Part shown: positions 1-7,283 of the stretch, piece by piece
How positions within the stretch are numbered: position 1 is the first letter of the stretch
Layout of the letters: each line of letters starts with the position of its first letter
DNA from: a virus
Taxonomy: Duplodnaviria; Caudoviricetes
IMG/VR virus record: IMGVR_UViG_3300012232_000018
Coordinates: 1-49,349 of that record
Reading direction: 5' to 3' (one strand)
Length of the DNA: 49,349 nucleotides
The notes under the pieces: generated by a model
Databases searched by the model: none
What the model was told of the DNA's origin: nothing
Seen by the model: only the letters and a program-made list of their open reading frames with translations
Made by a program: the position numbers and the translations under genes

Positions 1-2013
1 ACGTACAAGCAAGACCCGAAGAAGGCCAACCCGTCCCCGTTCGTTCCTGGGAACGAAGTAGTCCTCAGTGGGCTGTATGACCCCGCGATGAACGCTCCGG
101 TGTTCTTCGAGCACGGTAGAGCAGTCAGCTCATTTCAGCTTAATGGCGCTACTTGCATCATCGGCCACAACCTCGCGTTCGATTTGCACTACCTGATGCG
201 GGACTGCCCGGACATGCAGGCGCACCTCGGTAAGCACGTCCGGATATGGGACACACAGCTTGCCGAGTTCATCCTCAGCGGGCAGACGAAGCCTTACGCC
301 AAGCTCGACGACATCTCTGTTGCGCGTGGCGGTGGGGCGAAGACGACGTTCGTGTCGGACTGCTGGGCCGCATACATGGACACGGACGAGATCGCGATCA
401 AGCACCCGGCTGAGTTGATGACGTACCTGGAAGGCGACTTAAGGAACACCTGGAAGGTCGCTGTCTCGCAGATGGAGGAGGCTCATGCGCGGAACATGAT
501 GCCGCTCATCCTCAGCCAGATGGAGGCACTGCAAGCCACGATCGACATGACCTTCAACGGCATGAAGATCGATAGCAACCGCCTTGCAGAGCTTGAGACG
601 AAGTGGGGGCTCGAGGCCGACGAGCTGCGCATGAAGCTCGAGAACCACGCCTCCGTGCTCGTCGGTTGGCCGGGCATCTTCAACCCTGGCAGCGGGCAGC
701 AGCTGGCGACCGTGCTCTACGGCGGTGAGATCGAGTACGCCGGCAAGGAACAGATCGGGGTGTACAAGGGCGGCCCGCGCAAAGGGCAGCCACGTTACCA
801 GAACGTCACGCTTAAGAAGCAGATCACCGGGTTTGGGTACAAACCGATCCGTGAGACCGAGGGCGGGCAGCGGTCGGTGGACGAGTTGACGCTACGGCAG
901 CTACTACCGCAATCACCGGTACCTATCTCCAAGGAATTCGTGGAGACGGTGCTCGAGTACCGCGCCGTGAAGAAGCAGCTGACCACGTATGCGGTGGGCC
1001 TGCGTGAGTGTACTGGCGCCGACGGCTACATCCACCACAGCATCAACCATTGTGTAGCTCGCACAGGACGGTTGACCAGCAGCAAGCCGAACCTTCAGAA
1101 CGTGACGAATGGCGACATCAAGAGCGCCTTCATCTCGCGCTTCGCGGACGGCAAGATCGTCGAAGCGGACTTCAAGCAGCTGGAGATGATCGCCCTGGCG
1201 TACCTCAGCAACGATACGCAGCTGATGGACGACATCTGCATGGGCCGTGACATGCACACGGAGCTGTACATCGACCTGTTCGGCCGGGCGCCAACGAAGG
1301 AGCAGCGCAAGGAGGTCAAGCCGATCAGCTTCGCCCTGGTGTACGGGGCAGGCGCCAACAAGATCGCTGACCAGAGTGGACTGAGCGTCGAGTTCGTGAA
1401 GAAGTTCATCAGCGTGTTCTACACAAGGTACGAGGGAGTCGCTCGCTACCACAACGAGATCATGGACGCCGTAAACAACACCAGCGTACACAAGGGCAAG
1501 AAGGACACCGACGGTATCCCTATCAAGGAGTCCGTCATCGTCAGCCCGACAGGGCGGCACTACCCGTTCGAGCAGTACACCGCGCCTGACTTCATTCTGG
1601 CGCGCGACCCGAAGGCCAAGACGTTCAGCCCGACCGAGATCAAGAACCGACCGGTTCAGGGGCTCGCTACGGCGGACATCGTGCCACTCGCAGTGGGCAA
1701 GTTGTATCGCACGATCTACGTCAGGAATCTGCACAAGGGTATCCGACTCATCAACACAGTACATGACAGTGTAATGGCGGATGCGCAGCCAGACTACGTG
1801 GCCCATCTCGCGAACGTAATGAAGGAGATACTCACCGCAACGCCCGCAACAATCGAGGAGACATGGGGCTTCAAGTTCCCGCTGCCACTCGACATCAACG
1901 TTTCATCCGGCCCCACCTGGCTCGATCAGCAGGAGATCGTGTTCCCAGGAACGTTTGCCAGCCCTGCATCCACTGACAAGGAAGAGAAATGCCTCGAGTT
2001 TCTGGAGTCGTAA
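1..2013 (+). CDS. Family A DNA polymerase with 3'-5' exonuclease domain (5'-truncated by the window edge)
   Basis: Frame is open from base 1 (TYKQDPKKANPSPF...). ExoII GHNLAFDL, RTGRLTSSKPNLQN, motif A ADFKQLE, motif B RKEVKPISFALVYG (Phe at the E. coli 762 position), motif C VHDS. Confidence 0.97.
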   Translation, partial: TYKQDPKKANPSPFVPGNEVVLSGLYDPAMNAPVFFEHGRAVSSFQLNGATCIIGHNLAFDLHYLMRDCPDMQAHLGKHVRIWDTQLAEFILSGQTKPYAKLDDISVARGGGAKTTFVSDCWAAYMDTDEIAIKHPAELMTYLEGDLRNTWKVAVSQMEEAHARNMMPLILSQMEALQATIDMTFNGMKIDSNRLAELETKWGLEADELRMKLENHASVLVGWPGIFNPGSGQQLATVLYGGEIEYAGKEQIGVYKGGPRKGQPRYQNVTLKKQITGFGYKPIRETEGGQRSVDELTLRQLLPQSPVPISKEFVETVLEYRAVKKQLTTYAVGLRECTGADGYIHHSINHCVARTGRLTSSKPNLQNVTNGDIKSAFISRFADGKIVEADFKQLEMIALAYLSNDTQLMDDICMGRDMHTELYIDLFGRAPTKEQRKEVKPISFALVYGAGANKIADQSGLSVEFVKKFISVFYTRYEGVARYHNEIMDAVNNTSVHKGKKDTDGIPIKESVIVSPTGRHYPFEQYTAPDFILARDPKAKTFSPTEIKNRPVQGLATADIVPLAVGKLYRTIYVRNLHKGIRLINTVHDSVMADAQPDYVAHLANVMKEILTATPATIEETWGFKFPLPLDINVSSGPTWLDQQEIVFPGTFASPASTDKEEKCLEFLES

Positions 2014-2477
2014 GCACCATCAACAGCAACAACGTCACCACCAAGTTCGGCGTGAAGAAGACGTACACGTTCCTGGTGGATGGCGCGGAGTACCGCACCA
2101 ACTTCAAGGACTCCGGCGTTAAGCCGGGTGACACCGTCACCTTCGACTTCTCTACCGGCAAGTACGGTAACGACGTCGACCTGGCGAGCGTGAGCGTCAC
2201 TGGTACTGCACCGATCCCCGCCTCAGCGCCCCGCCCGACCGTGGTGCAAGGCGGTGGCAATCGTGGTTCGTTCCCCGTCGGTGCGCTTGACGGCAACCGT
2301 GCCATCAACCGTCAGAACGCGCTGACCAACGCCGTGAAGTTCTCCGAGCGCAGCCCGACGTATATGGAGGTTGAGGCCGTCATCGCAATCGCTCGCAAGT
2401 TCGAGGCGTACACCTGCGGCGACGACGACATGGCAGCCGCCGCTGGACAACTGGCGAACGAGAAGGCTGCCGCGTAA
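1989..2477 (+). CDS. Putative single-stranded DNA-binding protein
   Basis: Beta-rich OB-like N-terminus (TKFGVKKTYTF), Pro/Gly linker and position directly after the polymerase. Function inferred from synteny. Confidence 0.6.
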   Translation: MPRVSGVVSTINSNNVTTKFGVKKTYTFLVDGAEYRTNFKDSGVKPGDTVTFDFSTGKYGNDVDLASVSVTGTAPIPASAPRPTVVQGGGNRGSFPVGALDGNRAINRQNALTNAVKFSERSPTYMEVEAVIAIARKFEAYTCGDDDMAAAAGQLANEKAAA

Positions 2478-2572
2478 TGGCCGCCGCCATCATCGTTGGC
2501 GGCATACTCGGTCTCCTGGTCCTTGGTGCTGTGTTCGATGCTTGGATGAAACACCATGACAAAAACGATTGA
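2477..2572 (+). CDS. Small membrane protein (31 aa)
   Basis: TAATG coupling to the upstream gene; MAAAIIVGGILGLLVLGAVFDAW is one TM helix. Below the ORF-track cutoff. Confidence 0.55.
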   Translation: MAAAIIVGGILGLLVLGAVFDAWMKHHDKND

Positions 2573-3464
2573 TACACTCGTGCCTGACATCGAGCGCATG
2601 CTCGACGGTGCGGCGACAGGCGTATCACCTGTGGCGATTTGTCCGACGGATGCCGTATCGTTCGGACAGAACATCACCAAAATGCTCGAGCGTCAGCTCA
2701 CCGGGCGGGTGAAGAAGTCCCGCACCGGGGAGAAGGTGCTGCGCATGTCCGAGTTGGGCAAGCCGTGCCACCGTCAGTTGTGGTACGAGTATCACACGCC
2801 CGAGGTAGCTGAGCCGATGCCGGGTCACACCATCGTGAAGTTCCTGTTCGGGGACATCATTGAGGAAGTGGCTCTGCTGTTGGCGAAGCTAGCCGGGCAC
2901 GAGGTCAAGCACGAGCAAGAGAAGATCGAGTTCGAGCGCAATGGTTGGACGATTCGCGGACATCAGGACGCCATCATTGATGACGCCCTGGTGGACGTGA
3001 AGTCTGCCAGCGGGTACGGCACGCAGAAGTTCAAAGACGGGCTGACCGACCAGAACGACGCCTTCGGCTACCGGGGCCAGCTGAGCAGCTACATGCTGGG
3101 CCAGCATCCGGACGTGAAGCGCATGGGGTTCCTGGTGAAGAACAAGGAGAACGGGCGCCTGCTGTGGTCCGAGACTCCGTATCAAGATCCCTTGCCGAAG
3201 ATCGACGCGCTCATCAACGACCTCGAGCAGCCCGCCCCACCCATCCGTGCATTCGCGGATGTTCCTGAGGGTAAGAGCGGCAACCGCAAGCTGGATACGG
3301 CCTGCTCTTATTGCCCATTCAAGCAAACCTGCTGGCCTGGCCTGCGCGGTTTCGCGTATGCCAAGGGGCCGGTATGGCTCACTGAAGTCAAGAAGGCGCC
3401 TGATGTTCCAGAGTTCACAGCGCAAGTGGTAGAGAGCGCGCAGGAGTTGGCTATGACTGAATGA
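2556..3464 (+). CDS. Cas4-like PD-(D/E)XK exonuclease with Fe-S cysteines
   Basis: LRMSELGKPC, GHQDA..LVDVKSAS, Q-x3-Y, C-terminal CSYCPFKQTC. Confidence 0.85.
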   Translation: MTKTIDTLVPDIERMLDGAATGVSPVAICPTDAVSFGQNITKMLERQLTGRVKKSRTGEKVLRMSELGKPCHRQLWYEYHTPEVAEPMPGHTIVKFLFGDIIEEVALLLAKLAGHEVKHEQEKIEFERNGWTIRGHQDAIIDDALVDVKSASGYGTQKFKDGLTDQNDAFGYRGQLSSYMLGQHPDVKRMGFLVKNKENGRLLWSETPYQDPLPKIDALINDLEQPAPPIRAFADVPEGKSGNRKLDTACSYCPFKQTCWPGLRGFAYAKGPVWLTEVKKAPDVPEFTAQVVESAQELAMTE

Positions 3465-3784
3465 ATGTTTTAGATATTGCGTGGTTGGCCGGACTACTCG
3501 AGGGCGAAGGTGCATTTACATGGCATCAAACGCAGCGAAACAGAGGACGACCTCGTACTCAGCTGTCGATGGGCGATAAGGACACAGTCGAGAAAGCAGC
3601 GGCGCTTTTAGGCGCTAATGTGTGCGGGCCTTACGGCCCCTACACAACGCAGAAGAAGCCGTATTACTACACGCACTGCTCCGGTAGTAAAGCAGCGGGC
3701 TGGATGATGACCGTGCTCAAGTTCATGAGCGCACGGCGTCAGGCAGACATCCTGAGACTACTGGCGAAGTGGCGGGCACTGTGA
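3461..3784 (+). CDS. Free-standing single-motif LAGLIDADG homing endonuclease-like protein
   Basis: N-terminal WLAGLLEGEGAF motif; overlaps both neighbours (ATGA and GTGA junctions). Confidence 0.8.
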   Translation: MNVLDIAWLAGLLEGEGAFTWHQTQRNRGRPRTQLSMGDKDTVEKAAALLGANVCGPYGPYTTQKKPYYYTHCSGSKAAGWMMTVLKFMSARRQADILRLLAKWRAL

Positions 3785-4527
3785 AAATTCTTCTCTTAGA
3801 TATTGAAACCGCACCAAACAAGGCATACGTGTGGGGGCTGTGGGATCAGAACATCGGCCTGAACCAAGTTGAGTCGACCGGCTACGTGCTGTGCTGGGCC
3901 GCGCGATGGCTCGGCGAACGCGAGGTCATGTTCGGCTCGATTCCGCAGGACGGGGCGATCACCATGCTCACTCGTATCCTCGCCCTGCTGGACGAGGCCG
4001 ACGTAGTCGTCCATTACAACGGCGTCAAGTTCGACATCCCGACGCTCAACAAGGAGTTCGTCCGCTACGACCTCCCGCCACCCTCGCCGTACAAGCAAGT
4101 CGACCTGCTGCAAGTTGTGAAGAAGCAGTTCCGCTTCGCCTCCAACAAGCTCGATCACGTTTGCTCGATCCTTCGTTTGGGCGGCAAGGTGAAGAACGAA
4201 GGCTTCGAGCTGTGGGTCAAGTGTATGGAGGGCGACCCCGACGCTTGGAAGGCGATGGAAGAGTACAACCGGGGTGACGTCACGCTGCTGGAGAAGCTGT
4301 ACCACCGGCTGCTGCCTTGGATCGCCAACCATCCGAACCATGGTACGCACGACGACGCGCCCTGCTGCCCGAAGTGCGCCAGCACGAACTTCCAGGCGCG
4401 CGGTTACGCTACCACATCGCTCATGAAGTACAGGCGCTACCAGTGCCAGGACTGCGGCGGCTGGTTCCGTGGCAACAAGAGCGTCAGCGTCAAGCGTGAC
4501 GAGCGCATGGTCAATGTCATTTCATAA
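3781..4527 (+). CDS. DEDD/RNase H-like 3'-5' exonuclease with C-terminal zinc ribbon
   Basis: LLLDIETAP, YNGVKFD, YNRGDV; CPKC...CQDC. GTG start at 3781 chosen from the overlap. Confidence 0.85.
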   Translation: MKILLLDIETAPNKAYVWGLWDQNIGLNQVESTGYVLCWAARWLGEREVMFGSIPQDGAITMLTRILALLDEADVVVHYNGVKFDIPTLNKEFVRYDLPPPSPYKQVDLLQVVKKQFRFASNKLDHVCSILRLGGKVKNEGFELWVKCMEGDPDAWKAMEEYNRGDVTLLEKLYHRLLPWIANHPNHGTHDDAPCCPKCASTNFQARGYATTSLMKYRRYQCQDCGGWFRGNKSVSVKRDERMVNVIS

Positions 4528-4933
4528 CTACCGCAATATCGCGGTGCGCAACAGGCTGGAGGAGAAAGTACGCGACACGATCGCGGCCTCCGGCCGACCA
4601 GTACAGTACGAGGTCGAGCAGTTCGAGTACATCCGACCCGAGACAGCGCACACATACACGCCCGACTTCAAGATCAGCGACACGGTCTACATCGAAGCCA
4701 AGGGTATTTGGGATCTCGAGGACAGAAAGAAGATCCTGCTAATGAAGGAGCAGCACCCCGACGTCATTATCTGCATGGCGTTTCAGAACGCCTACAAGCC
4801 GATTCGCAAGGGGAGCAAGACTACATACGCGGACTGGTGTAACGAGCACGGCATTCCCTGGTGCGACCTGCGCACCGAACCCTTACCTGCGGAGTGGTTT
4901 GAGAATGGAACTGAGCCAGAAGAAGTCGTTTAG
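4514..4933 (+). CDS. T7 endonuclease I-like Holliday junction resolvase
   Basis: LEEKV...YE...HTYTPDF...IEAKG, and KTTYADWC. Confidence 0.88.
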   Translation: MSFHNYRNIAVRNRLEEKVRDTIAASGRPVQYEVEQFEYIRPETAHTYTPDFKISDTVYIEAKGIWDLEDRKKILLMKEQHPDVIICMAFQNAYKPIRKGSKTTYADWCNEHGIPWCDLRTEPLPAEWFENGTEPEEVV

Positions 4934-5132
4934 CCCGATCACCATCGTCCTCGAGACGGAGCACGAAGCACGCTCCCTTGCCACGATCATCAACTGGTCT
5001 GCTTGGATTTGGGACCACGTAGAAGTCACGGACAACGCAGCAGCGGCTAGCGAGATCGAGGAAGTTTCCTCGGACCTGAATGACCTGCTAATCGGATTTG
5101 TTGATCCATATGAAGCGACTGAGACAGTTTAA
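4905..5132 (+). CDS. Hypothetical protein
   Basis: GGAG upstream; overlaps neighbours in a tightly packed operon. Confidence 0.6.
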   Translation: MELSQKKSFSPITIVLETEHEARSLATIINWSAWIWDHVEVTDNAAAASEIEEVSSDLNDLLIGFVDPYEATETV

Positions 5133-5268
5133 TCGGACGGTCCTACGAATGTTCCTGGGAACGCTGTCCGCGTTCTTCTACCTCACCACCGTCTTCACAG
5201 GTGGGGCCGCGATCGTTACACACGCCATCGCTAACTGGCTAGACGGAGTAGCAGACACACTGGAATGA
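5110..5268 (+). CDS. Small hydrophobic hypothetical protein (52 aa)
   Basis: Fills the gap; ATGA overlap with the next gene; MKRLRQFNRTVLRMFLGTLSAFFYL... Confidence 0.5.
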   Translation: MKRLRQFNRTVLRMFLGTLSAFFYLTTVFTGGAAIVTHAIANWLDGVADTLE

Positions 5269-5612
5269 ACTGGCTGACAAGCTGGATAACGCCTGCAACG
5301 CTGTGGGGACTCGCTGCTGCAGTCCCCGCAGTGACAGCGGAGTACTTGTACAGAACGCTGACTGGACCGTGGTGGACCCACTTGTACCTATGGATTCCAC
5401 TACAACTCGCGATCGGCTACTGCATCTATCGGCTGGTCACGATCCCGAACACTGCGCTGCTGGATGCTTTCATCATATGGGCCTTCTCGACAACCGCAAT
5501 GCGCGTATTCATCTCAACGGCTTTGTTGGGCGACACGATCAAGGGCGGAACGTGGTTCGCACTTGGACTCTTGGTTATGGCGCGGGTGGCGCAAACGTTT
5601 TGGGGGCGATGA
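5265..5612 (+). CDS. Small multi-pass membrane protein (~4 TM, SMR/DMT-like size)
   Basis: Four hydrophobic segments in 115 aa; coupled to both neighbours. Confidence 0.65.
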   Translation: MNWLTSWITPATLWGLAAAVPAVTAEYLYRTLTGPWWTHLYLWIPLQLAIGYCIYRLVTIPNTALLDAFIIWAFSTTAMRVFISTALLGDTIKGGTWFALGLLVMARVAQTFWGR

Positions 5613-5944
5613 TGGACGACACCAAACCTGCGGGCGCCAAGCTCGACCAGGGCAAGGTGCGCGTCGACTTGCTGGACGCTGACGCACTGGAGGGCATCGC
5701 CAAGGTGCTGACCTTCGGCGCCAACAAGTACGCAGCACACAACTGGCGCGGCGGTATCGCGTGGTCCCGCTTGCTGGGCGCCATGATGCGGCACCTGTTC
5801 GCGATCATGCGTGGCGAGTACACCGACCCGGAGTCCGGGCTGCCGCACATCGACCACCTAGGCTGCTGCTGGATGTTCCTCTCCAACCACATGAAGAACC
5901 GGCCCGACTTGAACGATCTCTGGAGGCCAGATGCCGGGAAGTAA
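5609..5944 (+). CDS. dATP/dGTP diphosphohydrolase-domain protein (DUF5664-like)
   Basis: GAKLDQGK..DLL..VLTFGANKY..HNWRGG..AMMRHL...DPESGLPHIDH signature. Start placed at ATG 5609. Confidence 0.85.
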   Translation: MMDDTKPAGAKLDQGKVRVDLLDADALEGIAKVLTFGANKYAAHNWRGGIAWSRLLGAMMRHLFAIMRGEYTDPESGLPHIDHLGCCWMFLSNHMKNRPDLNDLWRPDAGK

Positions 5945-6251
5945 TAGAGCAGCACGCAGGAAGAAGCACATCCTTCGCCGCGCCCAGGATAAGCAGCAGG
6001 TTGTGCAGGTCATGCACGAAGCGCAGTACATCACCGCCCTAATGAATCAGGAAATCCTTCGCTTGAGGGTGTTGCTAGATGGAGCAGGAATCGACTGGCG
6101 CAGTCAGCGCATTGACGATGGCCCGCGCAGTCCGGCGGAAGCTCGGCTCGCGTTTGAGCAGGAAGCAGAGGCGGAAGGAGACGAAGCACCAGCTTCCGCT
6201 GCCCCACAGGGGAATGAAGAAGAAGTCAGTAGTGAAGCAGGGAGCGTCTAA
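5931..6251 (+). CDS. Hypothetical protein (basic N-terminus, acidic C-terminus)
   Basis: GGAGG upstream; operon packing. Confidence 0.6.
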   Translation: MPGSNRAARRKKHILRRAQDKQQVVQVMHEAQYITALMNQEILRLRVLLDGAGIDWRSQRIDDGPRSPAEARLAFEQEAEAEGDEAPASAAPQGNEEEVSSEAGSV

Positions 6252-6737
6252 GTGAAGGCCGTCGTCATACGCAAGTCGTCCCGGGTGTTCCTCATGTGGT
6301 ACATAGCAGCAGTGTTCGTCATCCTGGGGCTGTTCATCGCGGGTGGGGCATTCGCTCACTCGGCAGGCGGTGGCGATCACTACGCCACGCCGCAGCCGGA
6401 GGACCGAGCACCAACCGCTGAGGAGGAGAAGCTCATCGCCTGCGGGACAATCGGCGTGCATGCTGCATGGGGCGCCGAGGCGGAACTACGAGGGGCACCC
6501 GCCGTCATGAAGCTGGCACCAATGCTCACCATCAAGTCGATGTTCTTTGGTGAGTCATCGGTTCCTGCCGACGGCATCTATATCGCCGAGGAGTTGAGCG
6601 AGCGGGCGCGTCAGGACTACTTCGTGGATACCCTCGTTGGGTACGCACAAGCCCAAACTGGTATGTTCGACGGGGGCTGGACGCACGAGATGCTCACGGC
6701 ATACTTCTACAACGCCTGCAAGACGGGGGAACTATGA
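6252..6737 (+). CDS. Hypothetical exported or membrane-anchored protein
   Basis: N-terminal hydrophobic segment ending AFA; GGGAG upstream. Confidence 0.6.
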   Translation: MKAVVIRKSSRVFLMWYIAAVFVILGLFIAGGAFAHSAGGGDHYATPQPEDRAPTAEEEKLIACGTIGVHAAWGAEAELRGAPAVMKLAPMLTIKSMFFGESSVPADGIYIAEELSERARQDYFVDTLVGYAQAQTGMFDGGWTHEMLTAYFYNACKTGEL

Positions 6738-6811
6738 GTTTGAGTGGAATTCTTCTGGCCATCTCAGTCGGCATCTTAATGGTGGTAATCGCATGGGCAC
6801 ACCGACGATGA
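6734..6811 (+). CDS. Small membrane peptide (25 aa)
   Basis: ATGA overlaps on both sides; MSLSGILLAISVGILMVVIAWAHRR. Confidence 0.45.
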   Translation: MSLSGILLAISVGILMVVIAWAHRR

Positions 6812-6969
6812 GCAGCGCTGAACTACTCGCCGACGTCTGGACGAAGCTGCACCCTGACACAGTGAAGCGCTGGGTGAAGAAGGACGATGCGTTCGTCGCG
6901 GCACAGCTGGAGGAGATTCAGCTGGCCATCGACGTGTGGCTCGACTATTACCGCAAAGGCGGTAAGTAG
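6808..6969 (+). CDS. Hypothetical protein (53 aa), last gene before the terminator
   Basis: ATGA-coupled start; ends just before the hairpin. Confidence 0.55.
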   Translation: MSSAELLADVWTKLHPDTVKRWVKKDDAFVAAQLEEIQLAIDVWLDYYRKGGK

Positions 6970-6983
6970 GTTTCGTTAGACGT

Positions 6984-7022
6984 GAAAAGGCCCGGTCCCT
7001 TTCTTAAGGGCCGGGCTTTCTC
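6984..7022. terminator. Rho-independent terminator, probably bidirectional
   Basis: GAAAAGGCCCGGTCCCTT-TCTT-AAGGGCCGGGCTTTCTC hairpin with A- and T-rich flanks near the convergence of the two arms. Confidence 0.75.
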
Positions 7023-7078
7023 GTTGGTACGAAAGATGCTTTACCTAAGCACACACACCGCACTTAGGGGAATGTGCT

Positions 7079-7279
7079 ATGCGCTATATTCTTGCTGTCC
7101 TTCTATTGACGAGCTGTGCGCCCCACACCTGGGACAAGCCTGCGGATATGACAATGACCGAGGCGCGACAGCGGATGTACGAGTGCAACCGCGACGGGCA
7201 GTTCCAGTCACCCCGCACCGGGGCTCGGCAGCGCATTATCACAGAATGCCTGACGGCGGCCGGCTTCACCCCGCACTAG
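7079..7279 (+). CDS. Small lipoprotein
   Basis: MRYILAVLLLTS-C lipobox, two further Cys, AGGGG RBS. Confidence 0.7.
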   Translation: MRYILAVLLLTSCAPHTWDKPADMTMTEARQRMYECNRDGQFQSPRTGARQRIITECLTAAGFTPH

Positions 7280-7283
7280 CGTG

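Noticed and set aside
913-1806. Long antisense or alternate-frame ORFs (also 8664-9560, 13978-14937, 37523-38413, 41122-42051)
   Set aside because: These are shadows of GC-rich coding genes, with no motifs or RBS.
2556-3464. Cas4-like gene as evidence of a CRISPR-Cas system
   Set aside because: No repeat-spacer array or other cas genes seen; solo Cas4-like nucleases are normal in phage replication modules.
3440-3800. Group I intron or intein hosting the LAGLIDADG ORF
   Set aside because: The flanking genes are different intact proteins overlapping the ORF directly, leaving no room for an intron core.
5609-5944. Z-base (2-aminoadenine) genome system
   Set aside because: No purZ-like ORF is visible in the window.
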